Part shown: one piece after another, positions 41,420 through 53,067 of the stretch
Layout: the number at the start of each line of letters is the position of its first letter
Numbering within the stretch: position 1 is the stretch's first letter
Source: Bdellovibrionota bacterium
GTDB lineage: Bacteria; Bdellovibrionota_C; UBA2361; JBGSMV01
DNA length: 64,000 bases
Direction of reading: 5' to 3'
Assembly: GCA_041739995.1 (NCBI GenBank)
Contig: JBGSMV010000033.1
Coordinates: 13,251-77,250, forward strand
Notes under the pieces: model-generated
What the model was told of the DNA's origin: nothing
Database searches by the model: none
What the model saw: the letters and a program-made list of their open reading frames with translations, nothing else
Program-made: the position numbers and the translations under genes

Positions 41420-43450
41420 TCAAATGAAAGGTGCCGAGACACGCTTGGCTATGTCACTACGAAAGGATTGAGAATCTTCCCTCGCTGGTTCACATAGGCC
41501 CGCGGCACACAGTATAATGCCCGACGACTCTGAACCTAGTTCCCCGATTTCCGCCTCAGAGCGCAAATAGACATCACGATCAAGTTCTCTCTGCGCCCAC
41601 TCGGAGAAATCCCCCTGCCCTGGGCCGTTCGGCGCACCTGGAAACTTGATCTCGACAGCACCACGAACGTGTCGCATTCCCGCTAACCAAAACGAGGCGC
41701 ATGCCACAGAATATTGACTCGCCACTTCTGCGATGGTCTTCAAAAGCCGGTTGGCACGCTCGCCGAACTCCAAATTCTGAGTAAGGACAGAAAGCTCCTG
41801 AAGATTTTCAACACTCACCGCATTCGCAGACGGCGTGGCCCCATCCACCAGCTCAAACTTCTTCATAAACAGATCTGGTGCCTCGCTGTACTGATAGGCT
41901 TCTCTTACGGAGTCCCATAAGCACTTATCCTGCAAATGCTGTAATTCCACGGCAAGCGAGAGCCACTTATGATCGAGACTCGCTCGGTAAAGCTCGCGCA
42001 GCCCTTGGATTAGGTAAGCATAGTCATCAAGACAGGCGCGGTGACGAGCCTGGCCCTCGCAATAGCTGCGCAGCAGGGCGTCGCCTGAAAATAACCTTTG
42101 GAGTAGTACGTCAGCAGCCACGGTCGCCGTGCTCAATAGAGAATCTTCCCGCAAGAGCTGAAAGCCCCTCGCAAATGCGCGAATAGCCAACCCGTTCCAA
42201 CCCGCAAGCACCTTACGGTCACAGTGCGGACGAACTCGCTGGTCGCGTTGCTCCAACAGCTTGCCCACAAGAACTATATATTCTGGCTCAGAGGTCTTCA
42301 TCCATGCCGAGGCATCTGTCACCGTGAGAATGTTGTTGCCATGCTCAAAATTGCCCGCGCTGCTGATTCGATAATGCGTGGCGAAGCGCTCATATTCTTC
42401 TGCATTAAAAAGGCTCTTAAGCTCCTCCTCTTTCCACACGTAGAACTCGCCTTCTTTGCCCACATCTCCGGCATCCTCAGCCGCATAAAAACAACCTTCG
42501 GCATCCTGAAGATCCCGCGCAATGTAACCGAGGGTTTTGCGTGCTACCTGCCCGAAAAAATCATTACCCGAGACTTGGAACGCATCCAGGTAAGTATAGG
42601 CAAGCAGCGCATTGTCATAGAGCATCTTTTCAAAGTGCGGGACCAACCACTCGGCATCGGTTGAGTATCGATGGAATCCGCCTCCTATTTGATCGAAGAT
42701 TCCACCGCACGCCATTTTCTCCAGGGTAAAGAGCGCCATATGTCGCGCCTGCCGGCCGAGCGCGGAATCTTTGAGTGCTCGAGAAAGCGAGAGCAGCAGC
42801 GAAACTTGAGTAGATGGCGGGAACTTTGGCGCGTCACCAAATCCGCCTGCTTGCGGGTCGAAGCGCTCGGCAAAGGCTCCCAATAGAGGAGCCAGCCCCT
42901 TTGGTAATACTGCGTCAAGAATTGAGTCCCCAGATTTCGCTGTTTGAGTGTTCCTCTCCCCACCCTCTCGAGACTTGAGCACTTCCACAATATGCTGGGC
43001 AGAAGAAACAACCTTCCCTGGCTCATTGCGCCAGGCATCTGAGAGACCAACTAGTATTTTTAGAAACTGCGCGCGAGGAAAGTACGTCCCCGCCCAAAAC
43101 GGCTTTCGATTGGGGGTAAGGAACACTGACATCGGCCAGCCGCCGTGCCCGGTCAGTCCAACCAGAGCATCCATGTATATTTGGTCCACATCCGGGCGCT
43201 CCTCACGGTCGACTTTGATACATATGAACCGCTCGTTAAGCACGCTGGCGACCTCAGGGGACTCGAAGGAATCCTTTTCCATTACGTGGCACCAGTAACA
43301 AGTAGAGTATCCTATTGAGAGGAAGACTGGCTTCTGCTGGCTTGCAGCCTGTTCAAACGCCGCATCGCCCCAAGGCTGCCACCACACCGGATTATCCTGG
43401 TGTTGTTTAAGGTAGGGGCTGGTCTCTGAACTGAGTCTGTTTTCGCTCAT
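41420..43450 (-). CDS. YyaL/SSP411-type thioredoxin-domain protein (DUF255)
   Basis: [61 protein letters not shown]. Confidence 0.93.
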   Translation of the reverse strand: MSENRLSSETSPYLKQHQDNPVWWQPWGDAAFEQAASQQKPVFLSIGYSTCYWCHVMEKDSFESPEVASVLNERFICIKVDREERPDVDQIYMDALVGLTGHGGWPMSVFLTPNRKPFWAGTYFPRAQFLKILVGLSDAWRNEPGKVVSSAQHIVEVLKSREGGERNTQTAKSGDSILDAVLPKGLAPLLGAFAERFDPQAGGFGDAPKFPPSTQVSLLLSLSRALKDSALGRQARHMALFTLEKMACGGIFDQIGGGFHRYSTDAEWLVPHFEKMLYDNALLAYTYLDAFQVSGNDFFGQVARKTLGYIARDLQDAEGCFYAAEDAGDVGKEGEFYVWKEEELKSLFNAEEYERFATHYRISSAGNFEHGNNILTVTDASAWMKTSEPEYIVLVGKLLEQRDQRVRPHCDRKVLAGWNGLAIRAFARGFQLLREDSLLSTATVAADVLLQRLFSGDALLRSYCEGQARHRACLDDYAYLIQGLRELYRASLDHKWLSLAVELQHLQDKCLWDSVREAYQYSEAPDLFMKKFELVDGATPSANAVSVENLQELSVLTQNLEFGERANRLLKTIAEVASQYSVACASFWLAGMRHVRGAVEIKFPGAPNGPGQGDFSEWAQRELDRDVYLRSEAEIGELGSESSGIILCAAGLCEPAREDSQSFRSDIAKRVSAPFI

Positions 43451-43661
43451 GGCAAGGACTCTACCACGGCAGGGCTTAAGGGCGAATGACCAGTGGTGGC
43501 CAACGCCAGAGCTGATATTGAAGAAGATCTCGCCGCCATCCGATAGAACATGCTAAGTTTTTGGAGCTGCGCTTTTCACATGCGCCTGCCGACTCTTAGG
43601 CGACCTATGTCTCTTAGGAAGTCTTGATTATTAGAAACTCTACTCATTAGGAACTTGGCCC

Positions 43662-46379
43662 ATGACTGATAACGCTTCAAAGACTGCCACCTCCCACGCC
43701 TTTGGCTTTGCGCTCAAGTCCCTTGGCGGGGCCACAGCCAGCGTCGGCTCTTACTTTTCTTTGCCAGAGCTTGAGGCCAAAGGCCTCGGCGCAATCTCCA
43801 GATTACCCGTTTCTATCCGCATCGTTCTTGAGGCCGTCGTCAGAAACTGTGACGGCAAACGCATCGAAGAAAAAGACGTTCGCGCTCTTGCGGCATGGCA
43901 GCCGCGTGCTCCACGCACTGAGGAAGTCCCCTTCATCGTGGCGAGAGTACTGCTTCAAGACTTCACCGGAGTGCCGCTTGGCGTAGACCTGGCCGCAATG
44001 CGTTCTGCTATGAAGCGTATGGGTAAAGATCCTACCAAGGTGGAACCACTGGTTCCAGTGGACCTAGTCGTTGACCACTCAGTACAAGTTGACGTGTTTG
44101 GTATCGCTGACGCCTTCGAGAAGAACCTAGAAATTGAGTTTCAGAGGAATCAAGAGCGCTACCAGTTTCTCAAGTGGTGCATGGATTCGTTTGAGACCTT
44201 TGGCGTTATTCCGCCAGGATTCGGCATCTGCCATCAGGTCAATCTTGAATACCTCACCAAGTTAGTGTTCGAACGGAAAGGAATTCTTTTTCCAGATACC
44301 CTGGTTGGACCCGACTCGCACACCACCATGGTGAACGGACTTGGGGTGGTTGGCTGGGGCGTGGGGGGCATTGAAGCCGAGGCCTCAATGCTTGGGCAAC
44401 CGATGTATTTTCTGACTCCAGACGTAGTCGGGGTAAACCTCTCTGGTAAACTTTCGGCCGGTGCAACCACTACCGATTTAGTGCTTGCGGTCACCGAGCT
44501 GCTTCGAAAGACCAAAGTGGTGGGGAAGTTCGTCGAGTTTTTCGGAGAAGGTGCTCGCACTCTGTCAGCACCGGACCGCGCCACCATCGGCAACATGGCT
44601 CCAGAATACGGCGCCACTATGGGATTTTTCCCGTGTGATGAACGCACACTTGAATATATGCGTGCGACTGGGCGCTCAGAGGCTCAGATCTCCTTGATTC
44701 GAGACTACTATACTGCCCAGGGCCTTTTTGGCATTCCGCTAGCCGGACAGTGTGACTATTCCGCAGTGGTGGAGCTCGATATTTCAAGCATCGTGCCTTC
44801 CATCGCGGGCCCCAAGCGCCCACAGGACCGCATCGCACTTACTGACGCGAAGCAAAAATTCAGCGCTCTCTTCTCTGAGCCTGTTCAGTCTGGAGGCTAC
44901 GGGAAGGCGGCCGCTGAATTCTCGAAGCGCAGCCCGACTGCACAGTACGGAGATCTCGGACATGGTGACGTGCTCATTGCCGCTATCACTTCTTGCACCA
45001 ACACGTCTAACCCGAGCGTGATGTTGGCTGCTGGATTGGTGGCAAAAAAAGCTGTGGAGAAGGGTCTCAAGCCAAAGAAATTTGTAAAAACGTCTCTGGC
45101 TCCTGGCTCCCGAGTAGTTACTGACTATCTTACCAAGACGGGCCTCCAGACCTATCTCGATCAGATCGGATTTCAAACCGTGGGCTACGGGTGCACCACC
45201 TGTATCGGCAACTCCGGTCCACTCGACTCGGATATTGAAACGTCATTGGTAGCCAACGACATCGTGGGAGCTTCGGTGCTGTCAGGGAATCGCAACTTTG
45301 AAGCGCGCGTGCACCAGAACATAAAGGCGAACTTTTTAATGAGTCCTCCACTAGTGGTGGCGTATGCACTGGCGGGCAGCATGAACGTGGATCTCACTAT
45401 AGACCCCCTTGGAAAGGACAAACAAGGCAAAGACGTGTTCCTAAAAGACTTGTGGCCTACCCCTCAAGAAGTGGCCACGTTGTTGCAGCAGGTGAACGAG
45501 CCGAGTTTTTACCTCAAGACCTACACTGACATTTCAACCCAGAACCCTCGCTGGAACGCTATCGCTCAAGCAAAGAGCGTCACTTTTGACTGGGATGATT
45601 CCTCTACCTACATCCAAGAGCCGCCATACTTTGAGAATTTTACTCCGACTCCTAGCGCCGTAGAGGACATCGTGGGTGCTCGGGCACTGGCGATCTTTGG
45701 TGATTCTGTAACCACCGACCACATCTCTCCTGCCGGAGCGATTAAGGCGTCCGCTCCTGCCGGATCTTACCTGCAGAGTCGAAACATTCCGCCAGCTGAC
45801 TTCAATAGCTACGGCGCAAGACGCGGCAACCATGAAGTGATGGTTCGCGGAACATTTGCAAACGTACGCATCAAGAATCTCATGGTGAGCCCCAAGGAAG
45901 GCGGTTTCACTAAGCACGTTCCAAGCGGCGACGAGCTGAGCATCTACGATGCCTCTCTGCGCTATGCCGAGAAAAACACTCCATTGATAGTGTTTACTGG
46001 CCAAGAGTACGGCACGGGAAGTTCTCGTGATTGGGCAGCCAAGGGCACTACGCTGCTCGGAGTACGAGCAGTAATCGCTCAGAGCTTTGAGAGAATTCAT
46101 CGCAGCAACCTAGTAGGCATGGGGGCGCTTCCGCTTCAGTTCAAAGACGGCGGCTCGGCGGCCTCGCATGGGATTTCTGGACAAGAGACTTTCGATCTCA
46201 AGAATCTGGCCAAGGGGCTCAAACCGCGCGGAGAACTTTCGCTTACCGTAGTGAGCGAAGACGGCAAGAGTCGTAGCATCCCGGTACTGGTGCGCATCGA
46301 TACCGAAACTGAACTTGAGTACTACCGCCACAAAGGAATCCTGCCTTATGTGTTGCGCCAGATTGCAGCAGCAGCGTGA
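43662..46379 (+). CDS. acnA: Aconitate hydratase A
   Basis: [63 protein letters not shown]. Confidence 0.97.
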   Translation: MTDNASKTATSHAFGFALKSLGGATASVGSYFSLPELEAKGLGAISRLPVSIRIVLEAVVRNCDGKRIEEKDVRALAAWQPRAPRTEEVPFIVARVLLQDFTGVPLGVDLAAMRSAMKRMGKDPTKVEPLVPVDLVVDHSVQVDVFGIADAFEKNLEIEFQRNQERYQFLKWCMDSFETFGVIPPGFGICHQVNLEYLTKLVFERKGILFPDTLVGPDSHTTMVNGLGVVGWGVGGIEAEASMLGQPMYFLTPDVVGVNLSGKLSAGATTTDLVLAVTELLRKTKVVGKFVEFFGEGARTLSAPDRATIGNMAPEYGATMGFFPCDERTLEYMRATGRSEAQISLIRDYYTAQGLFGIPLAGQCDYSAVVELDISSIVPSIAGPKRPQDRIALTDAKQKFSALFSEPVQSGGYGKAAAEFSKRSPTAQYGDLGHGDVLIAAITSCTNTSNPSVMLAAGLVAKKAVEKGLKPKKFVKTSLAPGSRVVTDYLTKTGLQTYLDQIGFQTVGYGCTTCIGNSGPLDSDIETSLVANDIVGASVLSGNRNFEARVHQNIKANFLMSPPLVVAYALAGSMNVDLTIDPLGKDKQGKDVFLKDLWPTPQEVATLLQQVNEPSFYLKTYTDISTQNPRWNAIAQAKSVTFDWDDSSTYIQEPPYFENFTPTPSAVEDIVGARALAIFGDSVTTDHISPAGAIKASAPAGSYLQSRNIPPADFNSYGARRGNHEVMVRGTFANVRIKNLMVSPKEGGFTKHVPSGDELSIYDASLRYAEKNTPLIVFTGQEYGTGSSRDWAAKGTTLLGVRAVIAQSFERIHRSNLVGMGALPLQFKDGGSAASHGISGQETFDLKNLAKGLKPRGELSLTVVSEDGKSRSIPVLVRIDTETELEYYRHKGILPYVLRQIAAAA

Positions 46380-46467
46380 TCGCCTTTTGAGATTTTAAGA
46401 TTAGACTTCCGACTCAATGACGCCAGGCAGGCGCGAACGTGTTGTGTTGAATCATGACGGAGACTTA

Positions 46468-47448
46468 CTAGTATCCGCCGCTTCTGGCCTTTGAGGGCAT
46501 TTGGTCACTTCGCGCGTGATGCGCTTCAGAGATGACCAAAGGCGCCGAGATTTCCATGCTGGACTCTTGTGTCACCCGTTCGACGGTTAGAGCACCCGAG
46601 GAAACCACCTCCGAACTCTTCTGTACCGATCGAACCGGAGAAAGGTAGACGGCCTCTGGGCCTACGACTGCAACCATCGCAAACGGAATTTGTTCAGGAT
46701 TCTGATAAAGCGCTTGCACCACTTGCTCACAGCCAAATGCTGAGCGCGCGCGCGGTGTAACATCGTCTCCTGTCACAAACCCGAAATCTTCCATAATCCC
46801 ATAGAGCTCGCGCTCACCAAAAGTATCCAGCTCTTGGGCTGTCAGAAACACCACGTCCCGAGGTCGCAATTCGACGGACGCCAGCTCAACCGACACAAGT
46901 GATTGAGTGCCGACAAAACCGTCGATTGATGAAGTGTCGCTCGCCTCGGAGCTCTCCGAACGTCCAGACGACCCCTGCTCTTCGGATTCCTGGGTAGCCA
47001 TCAGGCTCTCAAAGAATGGAAACACCTCAAGATCTCGACACAGATAGGCGTTGCCCGCACCCACTCGACCGGCAGCGATAACTCCCTCTTCTATCACTAC
47101 TCCGATTAACGATGCGGCAAGCCTGCCGCCAGCGGCCAGCTTGTGACCGAATTGATAGACGGAGTGATTGGCAGCTTTGAAAGCACCTTCAATAAGTTGA
47201 AGTGCTGGTGAGGAGCCTGAACCCGGCTCGCTCGACGTCGCCTCAATGTCTTGAAGCACAGACTCTGCGAAATGTTGTAAGGCGAGCTTTGAAGCGACGT
47301 GACTGCCAATGCTATTGCGGACTGCTCCAGCTCCAGCCATGACTACGCTACCCGGCCTGCGATGGGGATTGACCGCCACGTATGACGATTGCTCGAGCGG
47401 AACTTGCTCCCCTCGGAAGAAATGACAATCAACTCGGGTAATCCCCAT
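46468..47448 (-). CDS. PP2C-fold protein lacking catalytic aspartates
   Basis: Segments align by eye to PP2C: VASKLAL, AFKAANHSVY, RVGAGNAYL, LRPRDVVFL; DG motifs absent. Confidence 0.65.
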   Translation of the reverse strand: MGITRVDCHFFRGEQVPLEQSSYVAVNPHRRPGSVVMAGAGAVRNSIGSHVASKLALQHFAESVLQDIEATSSEPGSGSSPALQLIEGAFKAANHSVYQFGHKLAAGGRLAASLIGVVIEEGVIAAGRVGAGNAYLCRDLEVFPFFESLMATQESEEQGSSGRSESSEASDTSSIDGFVGTQSLVSVELASVELRPRDVVFLTAQELDTFGERELYGIMEDFGFVTGDDVTPRARSAFGCEQVVQALYQNPEQIPFAMVAVVGPEAVYLSPVRSVQKSSEVVSSGALTVERVTQESSMEISAPLVISEAHHARSDQMPSKARSGGY

Positions 47449-47722
47449 AGACCCCTATCTTTACAATGAGCCAGGCTCCCAAGCACTACGCAGTTATAGG
47501 CCAATCCCCGAAACTCCCACCTAACTCTCTGAGACCTCTACCTTTTGATGCTCCACTCTTCTTTGAAGTTTGAGTCTCCTGGCCTCGCCCTAAAAAATCG
47601 GTAGTTCCCTTAGTCGTTCATTAGGCTCGCAGAATTCGATGAATTTACTATTGCTTTCAACAGGTTGCTCCATTGACGGGCATGACGGAAGCTCGACTTT
47701 AGCTTTGGGGTCAACTTTCTCC

Positions 47723-47749
47723 TTAAGAAAATGTCAGGAACGTCGATAC
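47723..47749 (+). promoter_or_regulatory. Possible sigma28 (FliA)-type promoter
   Basis: TTAA-N15-GTCGATAC versus consensus TAAA-N15-GCCGATAA. Confidence 0.4.
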
Positions 47750-47824
47750 ATTTGGTAGGAGCTGAACCCAGCGAAAAGTACGCTGGCGAAAGGGCAAGGT
47801 CGCCGAGCTCCTAGGAGCAGTATC

Positions 47825-48475
47825 ATGGAAGTTGTTGCAGTCCATCCCTTCGGAACCTCCCCCAATCCAAGTGCATTCTCTCCGCAATCGGCTAAGCATG
47901 CCGCGGACAGTCTCATCCTCGCCGCGTCACTACCTGGCGCCTCTAAGGCCGACGATAAGGACACGGGAATCTCTGACGTCTTTAAAGCTCTCACAGTCAC
48001 CGCTCAAGAAGTCGTCGAAAAGCTTAACGAGTTGCTGAAGGGCGATCTGCCTGACGGACTCGAAGGTTTAAACCCTGACGAAGTGACGCCGGAAGCTACC
48101 GCAGAGCGGATCGTAACCGGTGCCACTTCCTACTTCGAAGTGTTTGCGCGTCAAAACCCAACTCTCACTGGCGAAGAACTCCTGAATCGCTTTCTCAGCA
48201 CCATTCGCGGCGGAATCGATAAGGGCTACACCCAAGCTGTGGGCATCCTTGAAGGCCTAGGCGCATTCGAGTTTGACGGAGTAAAGAGCGGCGTCCAGAA
48301 AACCAAGGGTCTCATTGACCAGAAGCTCGCCGCGTTCGAAGCATTCAAACGAGAAGAACTTGGACTGTCCCCCAGTGGCGCTGATGAGGTTGCGGCCTCA
48401 CTCACCAAGAATTCTGTGGGTGCTCAAGCCGGCGCGGCAATTGCTCGCAGCGGCGGTCTCAACGTCACCGCATAA
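47825..48475 (+). CDS. DUF5610-like protein
   Basis: TPEATAERIV...F...F...IRGGIDKGY.QA..ILEGLG...V..T..LIDQKLAAF pattern; AGGAG SD. Confidence 0.7.
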   Translation: MEVVAVHPFGTSPNPSAFSPQSAKHAADSLILAASLPGASKADDKDTGISDVFKALTVTAQEVVEKLNELLKGDLPDGLEGLNPDEVTPEATAERIVTGATSYFEVFARQNPTLTGEELLNRFLSTIRGGIDKGYTQAVGILEGLGAFEFDGVKSGVQKTKGLIDQKLAAFEAFKREELGLSPSGADEVAASLTKNSVGAQAGAAIARSGGLNVTA

Positions 48476-48830
48476 CGCTGACCAGACCCGTTCTATCCAG
48501 CAGGTCATTAGTTGTATCCCTTGCGGATCAGAGGCTACGCCCACTCTTTGAGGCGCAGTAACGCTATACTCACCGTGAGAGACTTAGGCACCTAAGTAAA
48601 TGACCCCCACTATTCCTAGGGGTGTCGACCTCAAGGGCATCTCTACTATAATAGCGCATGTTAGTTCCCAGAGTGTCGGTCGCCATGTGAATCGTTCGTG
48701 GCGGCATTTCGGTCGAGCGGCCAGGTTCACCAGTGCCACCGCCCGACAGAAAATAATGCCCTGGAACTGCAAGTGGCGAGAGCTGAAATTAGAGACTCTC
48801 GCGATCATTACCACGAGTGAGGGACGCACC

Positions 48831-49748
48831 ATGTTCGAGGGGAAATTTTTCACAGACGTAAAACTCTTTTTCTCTTCGCTTTTTAATACCGCGATGGAGG
48901 CCTGGCATTTTCAACTCGCCGAGGTCGATAAGAGTTCTATCACCGTCGGTAAAGTAGCCTTCGCGTTTGCTCTAGTAATTTTCGGCTTCATTCTTTCCAA
49001 GTACCTTAGCCGACGTCTTGCCACTCGCCTGCTGCCAGTACTGAGATTCAATAAAGGAGCGATCTCAGCTCTTGAATCGATTGCGTTTTATTTTCTTCTG
49101 GTCCTATTTGTCGTTATCGCCTTTCGAATCGTGCACATTCCGCTGACCGTATTCACCCTGCTCGGTGGCGCAATCGCAATCGGTGTTGGATTCGGAAGTC
49201 AGAATATAATGAGCAATTTTATCAGTGGACTCATTATCCTTGCGGAGCAACCGATCCGCGTGGGCGACATCATTGATTTTGCGGGAACCCGTGGAACCGT
49301 AAAACGGATTGGGGCTCGTAGTACTGTGGTAACTTCGCCAGAAAACTACGACGTAATCGTACCCAACAGCATCCTACTTCAGAGCAGTGTGATTAATTGG
49401 ACACTCTCCAATAATCAGGTGAAGCGACAAATCACCATTGGCGTAGCCTACGGCTCAGCCACAGAACGAGTAAAGGAGGTGCTGCTGGAGGTGGCAAAGT
49501 CCCTACCTGGGATTCTCCCTAACCCGTCTCCCGATGTCTATTTTACTAATTTTGGTGAAAGTTCCCTCGACTTTGAGCTTCGGTTCTGGGTTTCAGTGCG
49601 CGGTATTGGAGAGGCACTCAGAATTGAGAGTGATGCACGATTCGCCATAGATAAGGCCTTTAGGGAGAACTCGATTTCGATTTCGTTCCCCCAAAGAGAT
49701 CTGCACGTGGACTCACTGAGGCCGATTGAAGTGAAAATGGTCTCATAG
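48831..49748 (+). CDS. MscS-family mechanosensitive channel (start re-called at ATG 48831)
   Basis: GAIAIGVGFGSQNIMSNFISGLIIL.EQPIRVGD, VPNS, NWT, IGVAYGS, FGESSLDFEL, FPQRDLH. Confidence 0.92.
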   Translation: MFEGKFFTDVKLFFSSLFNTAMEAWHFQLAEVDKSSITVGKVAFAFALVIFGFILSKYLSRRLATRLLPVLRFNKGAISALESIAFYFLLVLFVVIAFRIVHIPLTVFTLLGGAIAIGVGFGSQNIMSNFISGLIILAEQPIRVGDIIDFAGTRGTVKRIGARSTVVTSPENYDVIVPNSILLQSSVINWTLSNNQVKRQITIGVAYGSATERVKEVLLEVAKSLPGILPNPSPDVYFTNFGESSLDFELRFWVSVRGIGEALRIESDARFAIDKAFRENSISISFPQRDLHVDSLRPIEVKMVS

Positions 49749-49816
49749 AACAACGCACTCTCGGTAGAAACACCGCGTACGGCGCATTCAAAGAGCAGTC
49801 GATCGACAAGCCGTTC

Positions 49817-51139
49817 TCAGGCAAATACGGAACGCGCTTTGCGAATTGCCTGGCACAGCGCAGTGACATCACCCGGGCAACTATAGATTCCTAGACTCGC
49901 ACGAACAGTGGACTGAATGCCAAGATGCATCAATGCAGGCATCGCGCAGTGATGCCCCGCACGCACTTGAACATTGAGCGAATCTGCGATCGTAGAAAAA
50001 TCATGCGGGTGCACACCTTCAACATTGAACGGTACTATTGAGACCTGCCCAGAAGGTCCCCCCGCTCGGGGACCGTACAAAGTCACCCCAGGCTCTGAAG
50101 ATAGCGCGTCCCAGCACAGCTCAAACAACACATGCTCATGCTCCGCTATGGCCTTCCAGCCCACACTCTGAACAAAGTCGATAGCAGTTCCAAGTGCGAT
50201 CGCCTCAGCAATCGCCGGTGTTCCCGCTTCAAACTTCTGAGGCGGCTCTGCCCAAGTGGAACCGTCCACTGTAACCGTGGCGATCATATCGCCCCCGCCT
50301 TGAAAGGGCTCCATGCGCGGATACATTTCTTCTCGGACGTACAGCGCTCCGATACCGGTCGGGCCATACAACTTGTGGCCAGAGAATGCGAAGAAGTCGC
50401 ACCCTATATCTTCAACACGAGTCGGCATATGCGCGACGTGTTGAGCTCCGTCCACCAGAGTTATGGCGCCGATCTCTTTGGCTTGGCGCACGAGCTCCTT
50501 GATCGGAAGCACCGAACCAAACGCGTTGGATATCGAAGTAACCGCCACAAGCTTAGGTTTTAAGTTGAGCAGCTTTGCACGAAAGTCCTCTTCGTCAATC
50601 ACCGCATACTTGTTCATTTCAACAAATGCGACGCGAACTCCTCGGCGCTTTGCCAATAATTGCCACGGCACAATGTTCGAGTGGTGCTCGAGCATAGAAA
50701 GAAGCACCACATCTCCCGGCTGAAACTCGTTTTCGAGAGCATGTGCGACCAGATTAATGGATTCAGTCGTTCCCCTGGTGAAGACCACTGACTTTGGCGA
50801 CTTCGCTCCAAGAAACGCAGCCACCTTTGCCCTAGCCTCCTCTATCCTCAGGGTTGCATCAGCACTAAGCGCATACGCACCCCGGTGAATATTTGCGTGC
50901 TCATGAGAAAGGAACTTACTGAGGCGATCAATGACAGAACGATGCTTTTGAGTGCTGGCCGCCGAGTCGAGATAGCTAAGTGGCAGAGCACCAGAAGATG
51001 AGGAGCGCTGTTGATATGCAAAAATCGGGAATTCTTGGCGCAAGGCCTCCCCGAGTCCGAGGGGACCCTCCCCTGTTCTGCCGCGTTCTTGGCCCTTCTC
51101 TTGACCGTCTGAGCGCCCGCCCTTCACCTCGACTCCCAT
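49817..51139 (-). CDS. sufS: SufS-type cysteine desulfurase (start uncertain, likely 51139)
   Basis: YLDSAASTQK, ANIHRG, EHHSN, DGAQ, FSGHKLYGPTG, FEAGTP, RAGHHCA. Confidence 0.9.
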   Translation of the reverse strand: MGVEVKGGRSDGQEKGQERGRTGEGPLGLGEALRQEFPIFAYQQRSSSSGALPLSYLDSAASTQKHRSVIDRLSKFLSHEHANIHRGAYALSADATLRIEEARAKVAAFLGAKSPKSVVFTRGTTESINLVAHALENEFQPGDVVLLSMLEHHSNIVPWQLLAKRRGVRVAFVEMNKYAVIDEEDFRAKLLNLKPKLVAVTSISNAFGSVLPIKELVRQAKEIGAITLVDGAQHVAHMPTRVEDIGCDFFAFSGHKLYGPTGIGALYVREEMYPRMEPFQGGGDMIATVTVDGSTWAEPPQKFEAGTPAIAEAIALGTAIDFVQSVGWKAIAEHEHVLFELCWDALSSEPGVTLYGPRAGGPSGQVSIVPFNVEGVHPHDFSTIADSLNVQVRAGHHCAMPALMHLGIQSTVRASLGIYSCPGDVTALCQAIRKARSVFA

Positions 51140-51463
51140 GACCTCTATCCCTATCGCGTTGCCCACTTTCTCGGGACCATCGATGCTACTCTGTCGCACA
51201 GTATTTTCCACTTCTCTAATCTCCAGGCTGAAGTGTAGCAATATAGCGAGGACTGAGAAAGCACAGGGCCTATGCCCATGCAGCACAACGATAGGGATAG
51301 CCCATAGACGCTAGGCGCCCCTTGCAGATACTTTTCGGGTAGCTGGTCTGGAGCGCTACTATTTTTAGCGGTGGACCTGAAGCACGGAACAGTTTGCGCG
51401 ACTGACTCAAAGCGCCTAGATCATCATGACGATGACTCCAGAACGAATTCGAGAGTGAGAGAA

Positions 51464-52549
51464 ATGAGCACTATGGAGGGAGGAGGCATCGAGCGGGACG
51501 TAACCCACACCACTACGCGGTCTCCTCAGCCAAGGTTGATGGGAATCGCACTGGCGCTTCTGTCCGGCATCCTCTTTTGCCTCGTCTCAGTGGCAATTCT
51601 ATTTGCAAGTCAGCAAGCTCGACTGCTTGCCGCATTGGACGTGATCGCCTTGCTTCCAGAAATCGATGAAGACCAAGGCACCAAACGACTAGAGCTCATC
51701 TCTCAGCTCAACACCTTTCTTGAGTCTTTCAGTCGCCTGGATCAATTTCTGCTTAGCGGATATTCCCTTCTCGCCGGGCGGGCCGACCCGTCCCCCTCTC
51801 TCGACGTTGAGCAAGCACTTTTGCAAAAGCTTGTGACGTCCGAAGGTGTACTTTCTCGCTCGGAGCGCCCACTCGTCGGCTCAATTCCAGCACTTTTACT
51901 GCAGCCTACATTCGATGAGAAATCACAGAGCAGCCCACTTCCAACGACTCAAGAAATGGCGGTTACCGCTCTTGCGGAAGAAACAAAACACCTTGCCCTA
52001 CTGCTTGATGAAGCTCAAAAAATTTCGCTCGCACTAAGCACACACAAAGAAGAAACCGACCTCTTAATCGATCGCATCAAGCTCGTCCGTATTGAGACTC
52101 ACCGCTTCTTTTCGCTCCCCCAGGCTCCTTCAGCGCCAGACACTACCCCGGCTCTTTCTGAATATTCCTCTGAGTATTCTTCCGTACTCTATCAATCCGG
52201 AATGCTGCGCGGCATCCCCGTGATTGAAGGCCTCCCTGACGGACTCGAGACCTCCGAAGCGCTCGTAAGTGCGATCGGATCGATTGGTGGAAAGACCGTA
52301 GTCGAAGCGGGAATAAGCCAAGAGAACGTTCAAATTGAAATGTCTAACCTCATTCAAGCTGGAGCGGATCTTTACGCCGATTCGCAGCGCCTGAGCGCCG
52401 AATCACGCAACCTCATGAAGCGACAAACGGAGCTACAGCTTTTAGAGACGGAGGCACTGCAAACCCTTCAAACCCACTGGTTGCGTCTGCTGCGGGAGCG
52501 TCTAATTCTGCGAGTACTCAAAATCGAACCGTTTTCGACCTACTTTTAG
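51464..52549 (+). CDS. Hypothetical single-TM coiled-coil protein (start uncertain)
   Basis: One hydrophobic helix followed by a Leu/Glu-rich helical sequence. Confidence 0.6.
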   Translation: MSTMEGGGIERDVTHTTTRSPQPRLMGIALALLSGILFCLVSVAILFASQQARLLAALDVIALLPEIDEDQGTKRLELISQLNTFLESFSRLDQFLLSGYSLLAGRADPSPSLDVEQALLQKLVTSEGVLSRSERPLVGSIPALLLQPTFDEKSQSSPLPTTQEMAVTALAEETKHLALLLDEAQKISLALSTHKEETDLLIDRIKLVRIETHRFFSLPQAPSAPDTTPALSEYSSEYSSVLYQSGMLRGIPVIEGLPDGLETSEALVSAIGSIGGKTVVEAGISQENVQIEMSNLIQAGADLYADSQRLSAESRNLMKRQTELQLLETEALQTLQTHWLRLLRERLILRVLKIEPFSTYF

Positions 52550-52760
52550 ACGGTTAAGTGCCCTAAACCCTTGGTGTGCGCACTTCGAGCGAAAAAGCTC
52601 CGTTTCAGCAATAATTTTGAGCTTTGTTAAGCCCTGCGAGAATGTTAGAAATTATCGTGCCTTGTACGATTTTTGTTGCAATCGTGTTAGGCGCCCCTTA
52701 AACTCGGGCTCCCTTTTGGAACCCCTCTTTGAAGAACTGTTCTTTGATGGGTGTCCTCAA

Positions 52761-52802
52761 AACTTCTGCGGAGAAATTTCTGCGGAGCAACTTCTGCGGC
52801 GT
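52761..52802. repeat. Three tandem 14-bp repeats
   Basis: AACTTCTGCGGAGA / AATTTCTGCGGAGC / AACTTCTGCGGCGT. Confidence 0.85.
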
Positions 52803-53041
52803 ATACCAGAGAGACTGGGCTCTGTAGGAATGTCTTTGTTTAGAGCAATTCACTTTAGGGGGTGAATTTCGTTTAGCTTTTGAATTCGGTGGTAAAGAAT
52901 TCGTAGTTAGGCGCTTGAAGCCACGGGCGGTTGAGAGGCTGTACGGTAGAAGAAACCGTACAGCACAAGAAGCCGTGATGCTTTTTCGAGGGTGACTGCG
53001 GTCAAAAAGTGACTGTCGTCGCGCCGAGAGAGGATCACAGT

Positions 53042-53067
53042 GTCTCTTGTCTTGGTCTCTTGTCTTG
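53042..53067. repeat. Perfect 13-bp tandem duplication
   Basis: GTCTCTTGTCTTG x2. Confidence 0.85.
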
